64,000 nt of DNA from Histomonas meleagridis 2922-C6/04-290x (GCA_020184695.1 JAANOX010000047.1:248001-312000), one strand, 5' to 3'. Positions 20,863 through 31,701 are shown, counted from the first letter of the stretch. Numbers and translations: made by a program. The notes: a model not told the origin generated them from the sequence alone.

Positions 20863-22254
20863 TTGACGCGTCAATGAGTTTGAATCAAAAAGTTAAAACC
20901 GCTAATACCTTTCAAAAATTCTGATAAAGAACGAGTTGTCTGGTCGGTTAACCGATAGGTTTTATACGAATAACTAAGATTGGACTTTAAAAAAAACACA
21001 TTTTGATCCGTATATTATTTCCTCAATTCGAAAACAGATTTTTACTTAATTGATGATAAGAACTTAATGAAAAGCAAAAAATTCAGCGGAATATGCTTAT
21101 ATTCTCAGTTCGGGTACCCAGGCATCCTACAACCGCTCTTTCTATCGTTGACGATATTTTTCTGTAAATTTCAGAGTGATTCCGATCAATTATTCTCACA
21201 AAAAAAATAGCGAAGTAGAGTTAAGAATTTTACTTAACGTTCATTTTTGACTCTGGAGAGCGATAAGGATAATATTTCATTTATTTATTGAGATCACCCT
21301 TAAAGCTGCTGTATAGATCTTTAAGTTTTTTATCTTCTTTCAATGTCCAAGCACAATATTTTTTTCCAGATTGATTCATTTTATGTCTTCCTCATATATG
21401 AGATTGAAAAGATAGGTTGGATCTTTAGTATCCATCTTGATGGCACTTTTTATGGAAATTTAAATGGTTTATTATACTCAATTGAAAGGTTTATTCATTT
21501 AATTGTGAAAGATCCACTTTTTGAAGCCATCACGAACAAAAGAAATATTTTCAAAATTAGTAATTCTGTGACTGATCACTGTTTTTATGAATTCGCTTTT
21601 GAGTAACCTAACAAAGTTAACCCTTGTATTATTCAAGAGATTACGGTTTTTAAACCGGCGTGCAAAATACTACTTTTTCTCTAAATTCAGCAGAAGAAAT
21701 CTAAAGAAATCTTTAAATATTTCAAATTAATTAAATTTAGTATATATAAATGCTTATATAAAATTTTAAAGAGAAAAAAAGGGTGAGTTTCTAGAGTTAT
21801 GATGATCTTTTGGCATGTAAATTTTCATAATAAATGTACTTTTTCTCAAAATCAATAATATTTCTAGAAAAAACCCAATGATAGATTAAGCAATGTTATG
21901 CTATATAATATTAATATGTATAAACAATCAAAAAATTATTTCATAATTTTTTGATCAAATTTCGAAATATTCAATTTATATAAATAAAAGTCATATACTC
22001 AAATAATCCGAATCTAGCCAAATAATTTTTACTATAAAATTTTATTTATATTTTGAGTGTATATGCTCGAAAAAGTAATTACAAATTTTATGAAGGGACA
22101 TCTTCAAGAGTCTGAACCACTCTTAAATTCCCCAACATTTGTGAAAAAGTAAACGGCATCATAGACCAGATGAAAAGAAGAGAAAATATCGGAAATGGCC
22201 AACCGCACAATAACTACTATCGAAAAAAGACTCTTTGTGGCCGTGTGTTTATTG

Positions 22255-23026
22255 TATGAATTTTATATTTAATTTTTGTAATAATTGATTCTTTCGTTAG
22301 TAGTAACTTGACAACTTCGATTAAATTCACTTCTACATGTGTAAAGGTGACCAATTAGTACAAAATTGATTCCATCATCATAACATAAATTTACTTCGAT
22401 TCAATTATCATTTAGTAAAATTTGAATAATTTTCCAAATTTTCTTCTTCTGTTAATGTCGACCATTTTCAGCTGTTACATCACATTCATTATTATTTAAA
22501 CCTTTATGTGCTAATAATAAAAATATCGAAACAATCCGTTCAGAAGTCAATTCTATATCTGCGTTTTATTTTAATGTCATAATCTTTCAAAAAAAATACA
22601 AAATTTTTTACAGAATGATTTTTAAATATATCAAATATATAAAAAGTTTTTTAAGCAATTTGACGAAAGGCATTAATATGAATATTTTCATTAATAATTC
22701 ATAAAACATAATTTTGTTTCGATAGTTATATATAAAATTTTTGTTAGTACAAAATGGTTATTTAATGGAACAAATTTGATATCAAATGAATTCAATATCT
22801 TATACCTTTTTCACTTCATCTTGTCGTTTTTCAAAATCAATTTGTCATAAGTATAATATTTTATTATATTTTAATAAAAGCACATTTAAAACCCATTTTA
22901 AAATGAATAATGTGTAAAAAGGTATTTTTTTTAAATAATTGAAATTAATTATATTTATTTAACTCATCAAATTTTAAATTTTTTTTTAAAAATCGTGATA
23001 TTATTTAACACATTGTGTACAATAAA
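22255..23026 (+). repeat. Left arm of a 772-bp near-perfect inverted repeat
   Basis: Reverse complement of 25643-26413; at the points I spot-checked, only a 1-nt indel near 22430 was seen. Confidence 0.95.
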
Positions 23027-23094
23027 ATATTCAATATTTGAGTTTGAATCTAAAAATTAAATTTGGATCAATATATTTAATTAAAAAGCAAACT

Positions 23095-23987
23095 TTAAAT
23101 TAAATAGTGAATAGGAACCAATGGCAAACAAAAAAAAATTAAAAGAACGTCTGTTATGCTATGTGAAATATCTGCACAAAAAATTAAAATGTGCCTAAAT
23201 AAGATCGTTTGTAATAGTGAACTTGATTTTTTCTTTGCTATTATTGGCTCCATTGTCGACATATGGAATATTAACGTCATTAGGTCGCTCACGGTCTTAA
23301 ACTACATACTCTCCTCCTTCAAGCAATTGAAGTTCGTCCTCAAGTGCAAGTTTATCCTGTCGAGTATATACATCACCTCGTTAGGCGCCTTCTTCCTCGT
23401 CTCCAGCAGCAGCGCACACCGACACACACTCTTTCTGAACTCCTGCAGCGCGGAACCGGCACGCGCTCTCTTCTCCTTTGATGATGCAATCAGCGCGAAT
23501 ACGAACTATAGCACCGACCATGATGCCCCGAACCCTCTCATCGACTGCAGGTCGAGGAGGATGTTCGACACCTCGCCGAACGCGACCGACCTCTGCACGA
23601 AACCCACGAACTGTGAAAGCTCGACGTACAAGAGACGATCACGTCCTCATACGGCATCCATTGGAAGTCACCAAATAAGTTTCTCACTCTCTGGTCTCTT
23701 TGGAAGTCACTCTTGTCAAATATCTTGAACATCTCCGGGGCGCTTTGGCTCTAGCTTTGACAGCATGGAGACTTGCCGAGGACAAATGTAGCGATTTGCT
23801 TCGCTGAAGTGCTCATAAGCTAGTACTCATCATCGATGATCTTACTCAACATGATAAGGCTCTCGATGCAAGACATGCAGCTGAGGACGTTCAGGACATC
23901 GCCATTAAAGGTGTCGAACGCATGGTATTAGCTTTGGTCGATGGGCTCATCGTTGATGCGCACTATGATTGCCTAAAAATTTTTCAT
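23095..23987 (-). pseudogene. GC3-rich disrupted gene of unknown family (six in-frame TAR codons, one frameshift)
   Basis: Codon-biased minus frame from ATG 23987; TAG at 23973, 23820, 23751, 23506 and 23302, TAA at 23928; 1-nt frameshift near 23633. Confidence 0.65.
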
Positions 23988-24089
23988 ACATTAAATTATT
24001 ACCATGGTAGAAGTGCATTTGATTATATTATTTATTCCATCAAATTTTAAATTTATAAAAAATCTTAATATTATCCAACACTATGTGTA

Positions 24090-25649
24090 CAATGAATACT
24101 TCGGGGAATTTTATGATTTGAGCAAATAATTAAATCTTATTTAATTATATTTTTTGGCCATAATATTAAAATATTTGTAAACATAGAAAAAATATTGAAA
24201 AAAAACAAAAAAATAATTTTTCTCGATGAATAACTTTATTCATCCAAAATTGGTTCCATCAAAAATATCTTTTGATAGTATTTGCGTGAGTAGTTCAAAT
24301 ATTTTTGAACATTTTCTTTGGTAATTGTTCCAATTGAAGATTGGATTGCTTCATCAAGAATATGAGATCTTGCTGCACCTTTTTGTCCCCAAGCTAGATC
24401 GCCTGTTGCTACTAACCTATCATTGTTTCGTGCTAACCATTCTTTTACATGAGCTTTTATTTGGCTAAAACACCTTTCAATTGGATTCAGATAGGGTGAG
24501 TAAGGAGCAAGGAATAGGAAACGAATATATTCACCAGTACAAAGAGCGGTTACTTCATCTTTTTGATGTACTCTTGCATTGTCCATGATGAACACAAAAC
24601 GTTCATTTGAGTGTTCTCTTTTCGAAATTTCAATTAAGTCCTTAATGTATTGGTCAAATACATTTTTTGTTACGTTTTCAAGTGTTCTTTCATGATACAC
24701 TTAACCAAAGCTTGGACTCACTGCTGCAATTATATTTACTTTTTTGCAGCCATCGATTACGGAAGGCTGAACTGCTCTTGTCCCAACTTTTGATCTACCA
24801 TAATTCCTCCTGGTCATTATGGTGAAATTAGTTTCATCGATATAAATTTGATGTATATTCACGTCCAAGTTTGTAAGTTCATTGACGTATTCCGCCCTCA
24901 AACGAAGTGTTTCATCGGAATTAGCATCTGGAGCAATGTAGCGCTGCTTTTTGTTTGAAAGCAATTTGGCATCAAGGTGATTGTGAATCTTCGTAAGAGA
25001 AATGTTATCCAAACCTTGTTGCGGAAAGGCAGCGCACATGTTGTCTTTTAATGATTTGAATAGTGGTTGAGCTGTATTCTTCAACAAATTGAATCATCCA
25101 ATCTTCAATTTCATCGTTAATCTTTATGTTGTGAGCACCACCCCTCTTTGAAGGCTCCCGAGCAATAAAATTGTTTTCATAGATCTTGATCATGTAGCGC
25201 TGAAGTGTTCTCTTCGACATACCTAATGCCTTTCCAACAATTATGTATGTATGGATCTCCTCCTGAAAGCATTGTATTGAGGAGAGTATCAATGTCCTTT
25301 TCCTTCGGCGAATAGTGTTTCATATTTAAGTAATATGAATAGAATGTGAGGTGAGTTGAAAATCAACTTTTGGAAAGGAATCAGTTCAATTCTCAAAAAA
25401 TTGAAAATTGTGTGGTAATTGAGTGTATCCATAAATTGATCAGTGAATAATTTAAAAGTTCTTTGAATTTTGATGAAAACAAATTTTGAAGATTTAGCAA
25501 AATTAAAAAGTCGGATAACAGATGAAATAAGACCCATAAGCTTGAAATATTTATAATTAAAAAAAGTTCAAATTCATTTTTATTTTATAATTTGTATATA
25601 TAATGTAATTATTCTATCGGAATCATAAAATTCTATGAAGCATTTATTG
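24090..25649 (-). mobile_element. Tc1/IS630-type (DD34E) DNA transposon, 1560 bp, non-functional
   Basis: 29-bp TIRs CAATGAATACTTCGGGGAATTTTATGATT and CAATAAATGCTTCATAGAATTTTATGATT (24/29); TA TSD at 24088-89 and 25650-51. Confidence 0.9.
24236..25323 (-). pseudogene. DDE_3 transposase pseudogene
   Basis: HTH (VGKALGMSKRTLQRY) and catalytic IDETNF...MDNARVH-(34)-LNPIE. Lesions: 4-nt duplication near 25245, +1 frameshift at 25046-49, in-frame TAA at 24701-03. Confidence 0.9.
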
Positions 25650-26413
25650 TACACAATGTGTTAAATAATATCACGATTTTTAAAAAAAAATTTAAAATTT
25701 GATGAGTTAAATAAATATAATTAATTTCAATTATTTAAAAAAAATACCTTTTTACACATTATTCATTTTAAAATGGGTTTTAAATGTGCTTTTATTAAAA
25801 TATAATAAAATATTATACTTATGACAAATTGATTTTGAAAAACGACAAGATGAAGTGAAAAAGGTATAAGATATTGAATTCATTTGATATCAAATTTGTT
25901 CCATTAAATAACCATTTTGTACTAACAAAAATTTTATATATAACTATCGAAACAAAATTATGTTTTATGAATTATTAATGAAAATATTCATATTAATGCC
26001 TTTCGTCAAATTGCTTAAAAAACTTTTTATATATTTGATATATTTAAAAATCATTCTGTAAAAAATTTTGTATTTTTTTTGAAAGATTATGACATTAAAA
26101 TAAAACGCAGATATAGAATTGACTTCTGAACGGATTGTTTCGATATTTTTATTATTAGCACATAAAGGTTTAAATAATAATGAATGTGATGTAACAGCTG
26201 AAAATGGTCGACATTAACAGAAGAAGAAAATTTGGAAATTATTCAAATTTTACTAAATGATAATTGAATCGAAGTAAATTTATGTTATGATGATGGAATC
26301 AATTTTGTACTAATTGGTCACCTTTACACATGTAGAAGTGAATTTAATCGAAGTTGTCAAGTTACTACTAACGAAAGAATCAATTATTACAAAAATTAAA
26401 TATAAAATTCATA
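25643..26413 (-). repeat. Right arm of the 772-bp inverted repeat
   Basis: See left arm; overlaps the last 7 bp of the Tc1 TIR. Confidence 0.95.
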
Positions 26414-26510
26414 TGATGTTTTTGGAGTTTATTCATCGTTTTTAAAACTACACCTTTGGAAATTGCGAACAAACAGAATTTAGTTAAGATTGTAAAGTTA
26501 TTTCATAAAT

Positions 26511-28013
26511 ATGGGTCAAAATCCAACAGCACCCTTTAATAAATATAATACCCAAACACCAAAAGTATATGAATGGTTTAGAAGGTTTAGTATGCATTGT
26601 TTTGGTACGGATTCTATAGAATATTATATAATGTTAAGATCTGCCTATTTTTTCTTTTGCAATGACAATTTTTATAAAAAAGTTAATATTTATATCATTG
26701 CTGGTTTCAATCGAGATGTTGGGTATATAACAAAACCTGAAGCAGCTTCAATCATCTTAGGGATTATTCGAAATGCAAAATCATCAAGTGATGCAAAGAA
26801 CAAAGTCCAAATCGTGTTATCAGCGATGCGTGTTCAAATAGATGATTCAACATATTTATCGCCAATTGTTGATTCTGAACTTTATTATAGTATATTTAAT
26901 AGCAATGAAATAAAAGGAACAGGATTTACACCTGAACCAATTAATTTTACAAGTCCAGAAGTTACAAGTCTTCGTATGAGACAAGCTTCTGAAGTACCAA
27001 CATATGTATGTCATTCACTCACCACAGCAAAAATAATTTTTAATCATGGTTTTTTTGATCGTTTAAATACCCCAGAAAATTTACGTAATTTTTCAGAAAG
27101 TTTCAATAAAATCCGAGCACTTGATATTAAATTTGATCACCCAGTTACACCTAAGAATTATAAAGAGCAAACAATATTTACAGCAGTTGAAAATTCTCAA
27201 ACTGATATAATTGAATATTTGATATATAATATGCCCTTGGTATTAGAATTAAAAGATAACGGAAAAAGCTTATTACATATAGCTGCCCAAAGCTCAAGCA
27301 TACAAGTTATTGAGCTTCTTATTAAAAAATATAGGGCAAATCTTTCATGTTATGATTCTAATGGACTCCTTCCATTTCATTTAATTGAGAAAAGCTATGA
27401 TTTTCATGTATTTATTGAAAATGGGTAAGATATACAAGTTCCTACTAAAGACGGAAGAACAATATTAGATATTTTTTCAAAGAATTACAAACCTGAAATG
27501 ATAAAAAAAATTATTGAAAATAATTTTAATATATTTATTCCAAATTCAAAAGGAGTTTATTGGATGCAAGATGTAATTCATAATAAATATTATGGGAATA
27601 CTAATCCAAAATATGTAAAATTTCATATTTTAGTACGGACATCACTTAAAAATGCCAATAATTATCCTTGCAAAGATAATCCAATTTATCAAGAAATTTT
27701 ATCCAGAAAATCTGATACTGAAGATTTAATAGATTTATATAACTCAGTTAATAATAATAATATTGAACGAGTTAAAATGTTAGCAGGATTTGGTGTTAAA
27801 TTATATTTGAAAAGAAAAGATATAAACAGTACTAATTTAGTATATTGTACACTAAATAATTATAGAGAAATTTTTATTAGTACAAAATGGTTATTTAATG
27901 GAACAAATTTGATATCAAATGAATTCATCAAGTTGAAAAACAAATTCAATATCTTATCAAAAAATGACACTTTTCACCAGAAAAAGCCGTTTATTTTTGA
28001 TCTGCAGAAGTAA
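26511..28013 (+). pseudogene. Ankyrin repeat protein with one in-frame TAA
   Basis: ORFs 26511-27428 and 27498-28013 are in the same frame; reading through TAA 27426-28 gives NG*DIQVPTKDGRTIL, matching the ankyrin GADxN..DGRT consensus. Confidence 0.75.
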
Positions 28014-29606
28014 TAATATTTTTCATTAAAAATTGAGTAATTTCATTTATAATACATTTACATATTTGGCGTGGTGAAGCTTGTATCAAAGTTTAGTTAG
28101 ATCTTGAGAATAATTTCATAATTTTGAAGAAAAAAGAAAATTAAAATTTTGTATTAGGTAGAACTTGTATCTTAACTGAGATATGCAAAGTTGGAGAGAT
28201 TAAATCTGAACCTACTACGAGTTAGACACATAAATCATCATGATTTGTCACTTTCTAAGTTGGTGTTAAATTTCATCGGTTTTGACATTTTGACCTCATT
28301 ATAACTATAACCATTTTAGAACATCTCAATCCCATTTATAATGTCAAATTATATTATAAATAATGAAGAAATTAAAAGTCAATCTATCTACATCGAAATG
28401 CTTTCTAACCTTGAGCAAATCATTTTTGGTTTAACAAAAGAAAATTTTGATTTTTCCATTGATCAAACAAAGAAATTATTTGATTTAAATTAACCATATT
28501 CATTTAATTTAATTATTAGTGAATTAATTTATTCTGCATTCTATTCAAGAAAAGATATAAATGATTTGTATTTAAATTATTTAGAAACAATTCAGATAAA
28601 AGAAGAAGAAATTAATCAAAACACTCCTAAAATTGTTAAAATATTCTGTAATTATATAAGTAATATTAATACACAAGAATCATATTATTTGATTTGTAAA
28701 ATGATTGAACGAAATTTAATTGATTCAAATATTACTAAAAACATTTATACAAATTATTTTGCACATTATAAAACAGAAAGTAAAAACATAGTAAAATATG
28801 GTGATCCTTTTGAAAAAAATTTTAGAAAAAACTACGAAGAACTATCAAAGGATAATTGGGAACTTCATAAACAATATATTAAAGAAGGAGTTAATCGGAA
28901 AGAAATTGCACAAATAATTCGAAATGATGAAATCGAAAAACTTCAAGAAATATCATCAGAAACAAATTTTGATTTTAACCAAATAATTGAACCATCACTT
29001 TATGAAATATGTTCATTTGTTAATCAAAGAAATGTTACATTAATTGATTATGCAGCATTTTTTGGATCAATTAAATGCTTTAAATATTTACTTATGAATG
29101 GTGCAAATGTAGAAAACACAGGTAAATATGCAGTTGCAGGTGGGAATGAAGAAATCATTCATTTATGTGAACAAAATCATTCATCTTTTGAGGATACTCT
29201 TGAAACAGCGATTATGTTCCATAAAAATAATATTTTTAAATACATTTATGAGAATAAAATTAAAGAAAATCAAGATCAATATTCATCTAGCTATGATTCA
29301 TATTCTGATGATTTTTATGATGATTATAAAGAATCTGAAAACTCTTTCTTCGAAAATTTGGGAGTGAAATGCATTTTATACAATAATTATGAAATTTTAA
29401 TATTTTTACAAAAAGAAGGAATGCATATTAATAATGCAATTATTAATAAAACTGTAGAAATTGGAAATATATATCTTTTCAAACATTTCCTCAAAGACAT
29501 TCAAATTCCAAATGATATTTTATCTTTCTCCTCAGTTTTAGGAAATATTGAACTATTTAAATTTATTTTGGGGCAAAAAGGAATTAATGTTAATGCAGGA
29601 GATATC

Positions 29607-29674
29607 TCTTTATTTTATTTGATACTTATTTTAAAAATTTAATATTTCAAAATAATATTTGGAATTTATATAAA
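29607..29674 (+). other. Ankyrin hairpin insert (68 nt), putative non-canonical intron
   Basis: Between GAT ATC and TTA TTT AAA ACA GCA CTT; contains a stop and shifts the frame. Confidence 0.75.
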
Positions 29675-29776
29675 TTATTTAAAACAGCACTTATGATTGC
29701 TTCTGAAAAAGGTCATACAGAAATAGTTAAATTACTTCTTGAACAAGAAGGAATTGATATTAATGCCAAAAATATA

Positions 29777-29844
29777 CATTTATTTTATTTAAAATTTATT
29801 TAAATAATTTTTTATTTCAAAATAATATTTGGAAATTATTTAAA
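29777..29844 (+). other. Ankyrin hairpin insert (68 nt), putative non-canonical intron
   Basis: Between AAT ATA and TTA TTT AAT ACA GCA CTT; unit period 170 nt = 102 coding + 68. Confidence 0.75.
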
Positions 29845-29946
29845 TTATTTAATACAGCACTTATTTGGGCATCTTCAAAAGGTCATATAGAAATAGTTAA
29901 ATTACTTCTTGAACAAGAAGGAATTGATATTAATAATAAAAATATT

Positions 29947-29996
29947 TATTTGTTTTATTTAAAATTTATTTTAATAATTTGATATTTCAAAATAAC
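29947..29996 (+). other. Truncated third ankyrin hairpin insert
   Basis: Matches the insert consensus up to TTTCAAAATAA, then breaks into unrelated sequence. Confidence 0.7.
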
Positions 29997-29998
29997 TA

Positions 29999-30825
29999 GA
30001 GCACAGGGAAAACCTTGTCTTTGCACGAAAAAGTTAGAATAAACTATTCATTTATATTTTCTGTTAAAAATGTGGGATTCAAAATATTCTATGAGTTGAT
30101 TCAAAAATATTTTTTATTGATGAAGCAAAAAAACCCTCGATGTCAACTTTCTCCCGCAAAAAACCCAGACGAATTAAAGCTACTAGATATTAAAGATGTT
30201 GGCTTAAATGGTTGTGACATTATCGACAGTGAAGATTTTAAAAATGCTAAATTACGTGAACAAATTTGGATTATTAGTAAAGAAATTGAAGATAATCCCA
30301 AGAAATTTACGATTGTTGGGAACATATTTAACACTGATCCATCATTAGTCAGAAGACATTACCTAAAATATCAAAAGGACCAAAAGCAAATTCATGGAGA
30401 CAATCAACAGTACACTATCAAGTAATAAAATCTTTTATGGCTGCAGGAATGAAACCTTTAGTGGAAAACAATATGCATATAGATACATGTATCAAATTGA
30501 TATGAGTCTTGCAACAAAAATAAAATTGGGAATCATTTAATCAAGTATTATTGAATGATCAATATATGAGAAGAAGAACGAACCTTAATCAATAAATAAT
30601 AGAATTGATTATTTTAAAATAAATTGATATGTGGGAATAAAATTTATTCTGAATACGAAAACTAGGTTTGAAAATTAATTTAAAAACTCATTACAAAATA
30701 ATAACTCGAACATCGGAGGATAATACAGAGCTACCCACCCTCGCCCATCTCTTCCCAAACAATTAGGTTACACCTAAACAATTAATATTTATTTAATGAA
30801 TTAGACAGGGTTTTTCCCAAGACTC
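29999..30825 (+). mobile_element. Possible internally deleted TA-flanked DNA transposon with an HTH-like ORF remnant
   Basis: TA-GAGCACAGGGAAAACCTTGTCT at the left end vs reverse complement of the right end TA-GAGTCTTGGGAAAAACCCTGTCT; ORF REQIWIISKEIEDNPKKFTIVGNIFNTDPSLVRRHY looks like a transposase N-terminal HTH. Confidence 0.45.
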
Positions 30826-31701
30826 TACATATTGTGTAAGTTTGTCGGCAAATTGGGGTGGTTTGGGTATGAAACGACATACAGCTGTTGAATAGGATAC
30901 ATAGGGTAAATTGCATTGATATGATAATCATTACTATAGATATAGTACTTAATAATTTATTGTTTGGTGAATACTTAATTTAAAATAAGTATTGATACAT
31001 CTCCTTTTGAACTTGTTTCATGCAGATAAATTTGAATGAGCCAACACTTTGTGAAAGATATTCATTTATTAAATTCTTTATTGAACAAAAGGGAATTCTA
31101 ATGGGCATCAATATTACAAGTAATTATTTTTTCTAACAAAATTTTAAGTGGTTCTTTTAAGATCTGAAAATAATCTGTTCTTCAGTGGTCAATAAAAATC
31201 ATTATTTGAAGAAAAATGAACTTGAATCCAATAATTTAACACATTTCTTGAAATAATGTTCATATGAATTTTGTTAGGATATTTTTGCTTCAATTAATAT
31301 CGTTGATATACTGATCTCGTACAGAGTTATCACCTATTGAATATTCATTCTACAAAACACTTTCAACAAAGGATCTGGTAAAATAATTATTCCCAACATG
31401 TAAGAGAAATAAATTTTGATAATATTAATTTTTACCAGTATAAATATTCTTTTATAATGTGTTTTCAAAATTCATATAAGAACAAAGTTACAACAGCAAA
31501 TTAGCCGAGATTATTAATGAACACAGTTTTAGCCAATAAAATCAAAAAGAATTTTGATACAAATATTTTTGGATATGCCACAAATGAAAGATTTTTCTCT
31601 TTGTTCAAGCAAAATTTTGGGTCTTGTTAAGCATTGAAAAAGTAAGATGTTAAATGAAAAGTGAACATCATAAACGGTCTCTTCGGCCACTTTACTGAAC
31701 A

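Larger units (their letters stand above)
28341..29996 (+). pseudogene. DUF3447/ankyrin repeat gene with hairpin inserts; in-frame TAA at 28491; 3' truncated
   Basis: IIRNDEIEKLQ...EPSLYE...TLIDYAAFFGSIKCFKYL...AVAGGNEEIIHLC, then ankyrin units TALMIASEKGHTEIVKLLLEQEGIDINAKN separated by inserts. Confidence 0.8.

Noticed and set aside
21000-22250. Faint ankyrin-like and coding-like remnants, also a DUF3447-like EPTLCERYSFI patch near 31040 and LRR-like traces near 50300-50520
   Set aside because: Too degraded to define boundaries or product
23156-23728. 190-aa plus-strand ORF
   Set aside because: Shares third-codon positions with the minus-strand pseudogene frame and has a Ser/Phe-rich antisense composition; judged a shadow, though not formally excluded
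27425-27468. GTAAGA as a canonical intron donor removing the TAA
   Set aside because: The nearest AGs give 26- or 44-nt introns that shift the frame, and the retained sequence already reads as ankyrin consensus
29602-29685. U12-type AT-AC intron reading (ATATCTCTTT...AAAC)
   Set aside because: The 84-nt length does not restore the frame, the ATATCC-like donor is absent in the other copies, and no minor spliceosome is known in parabasalids
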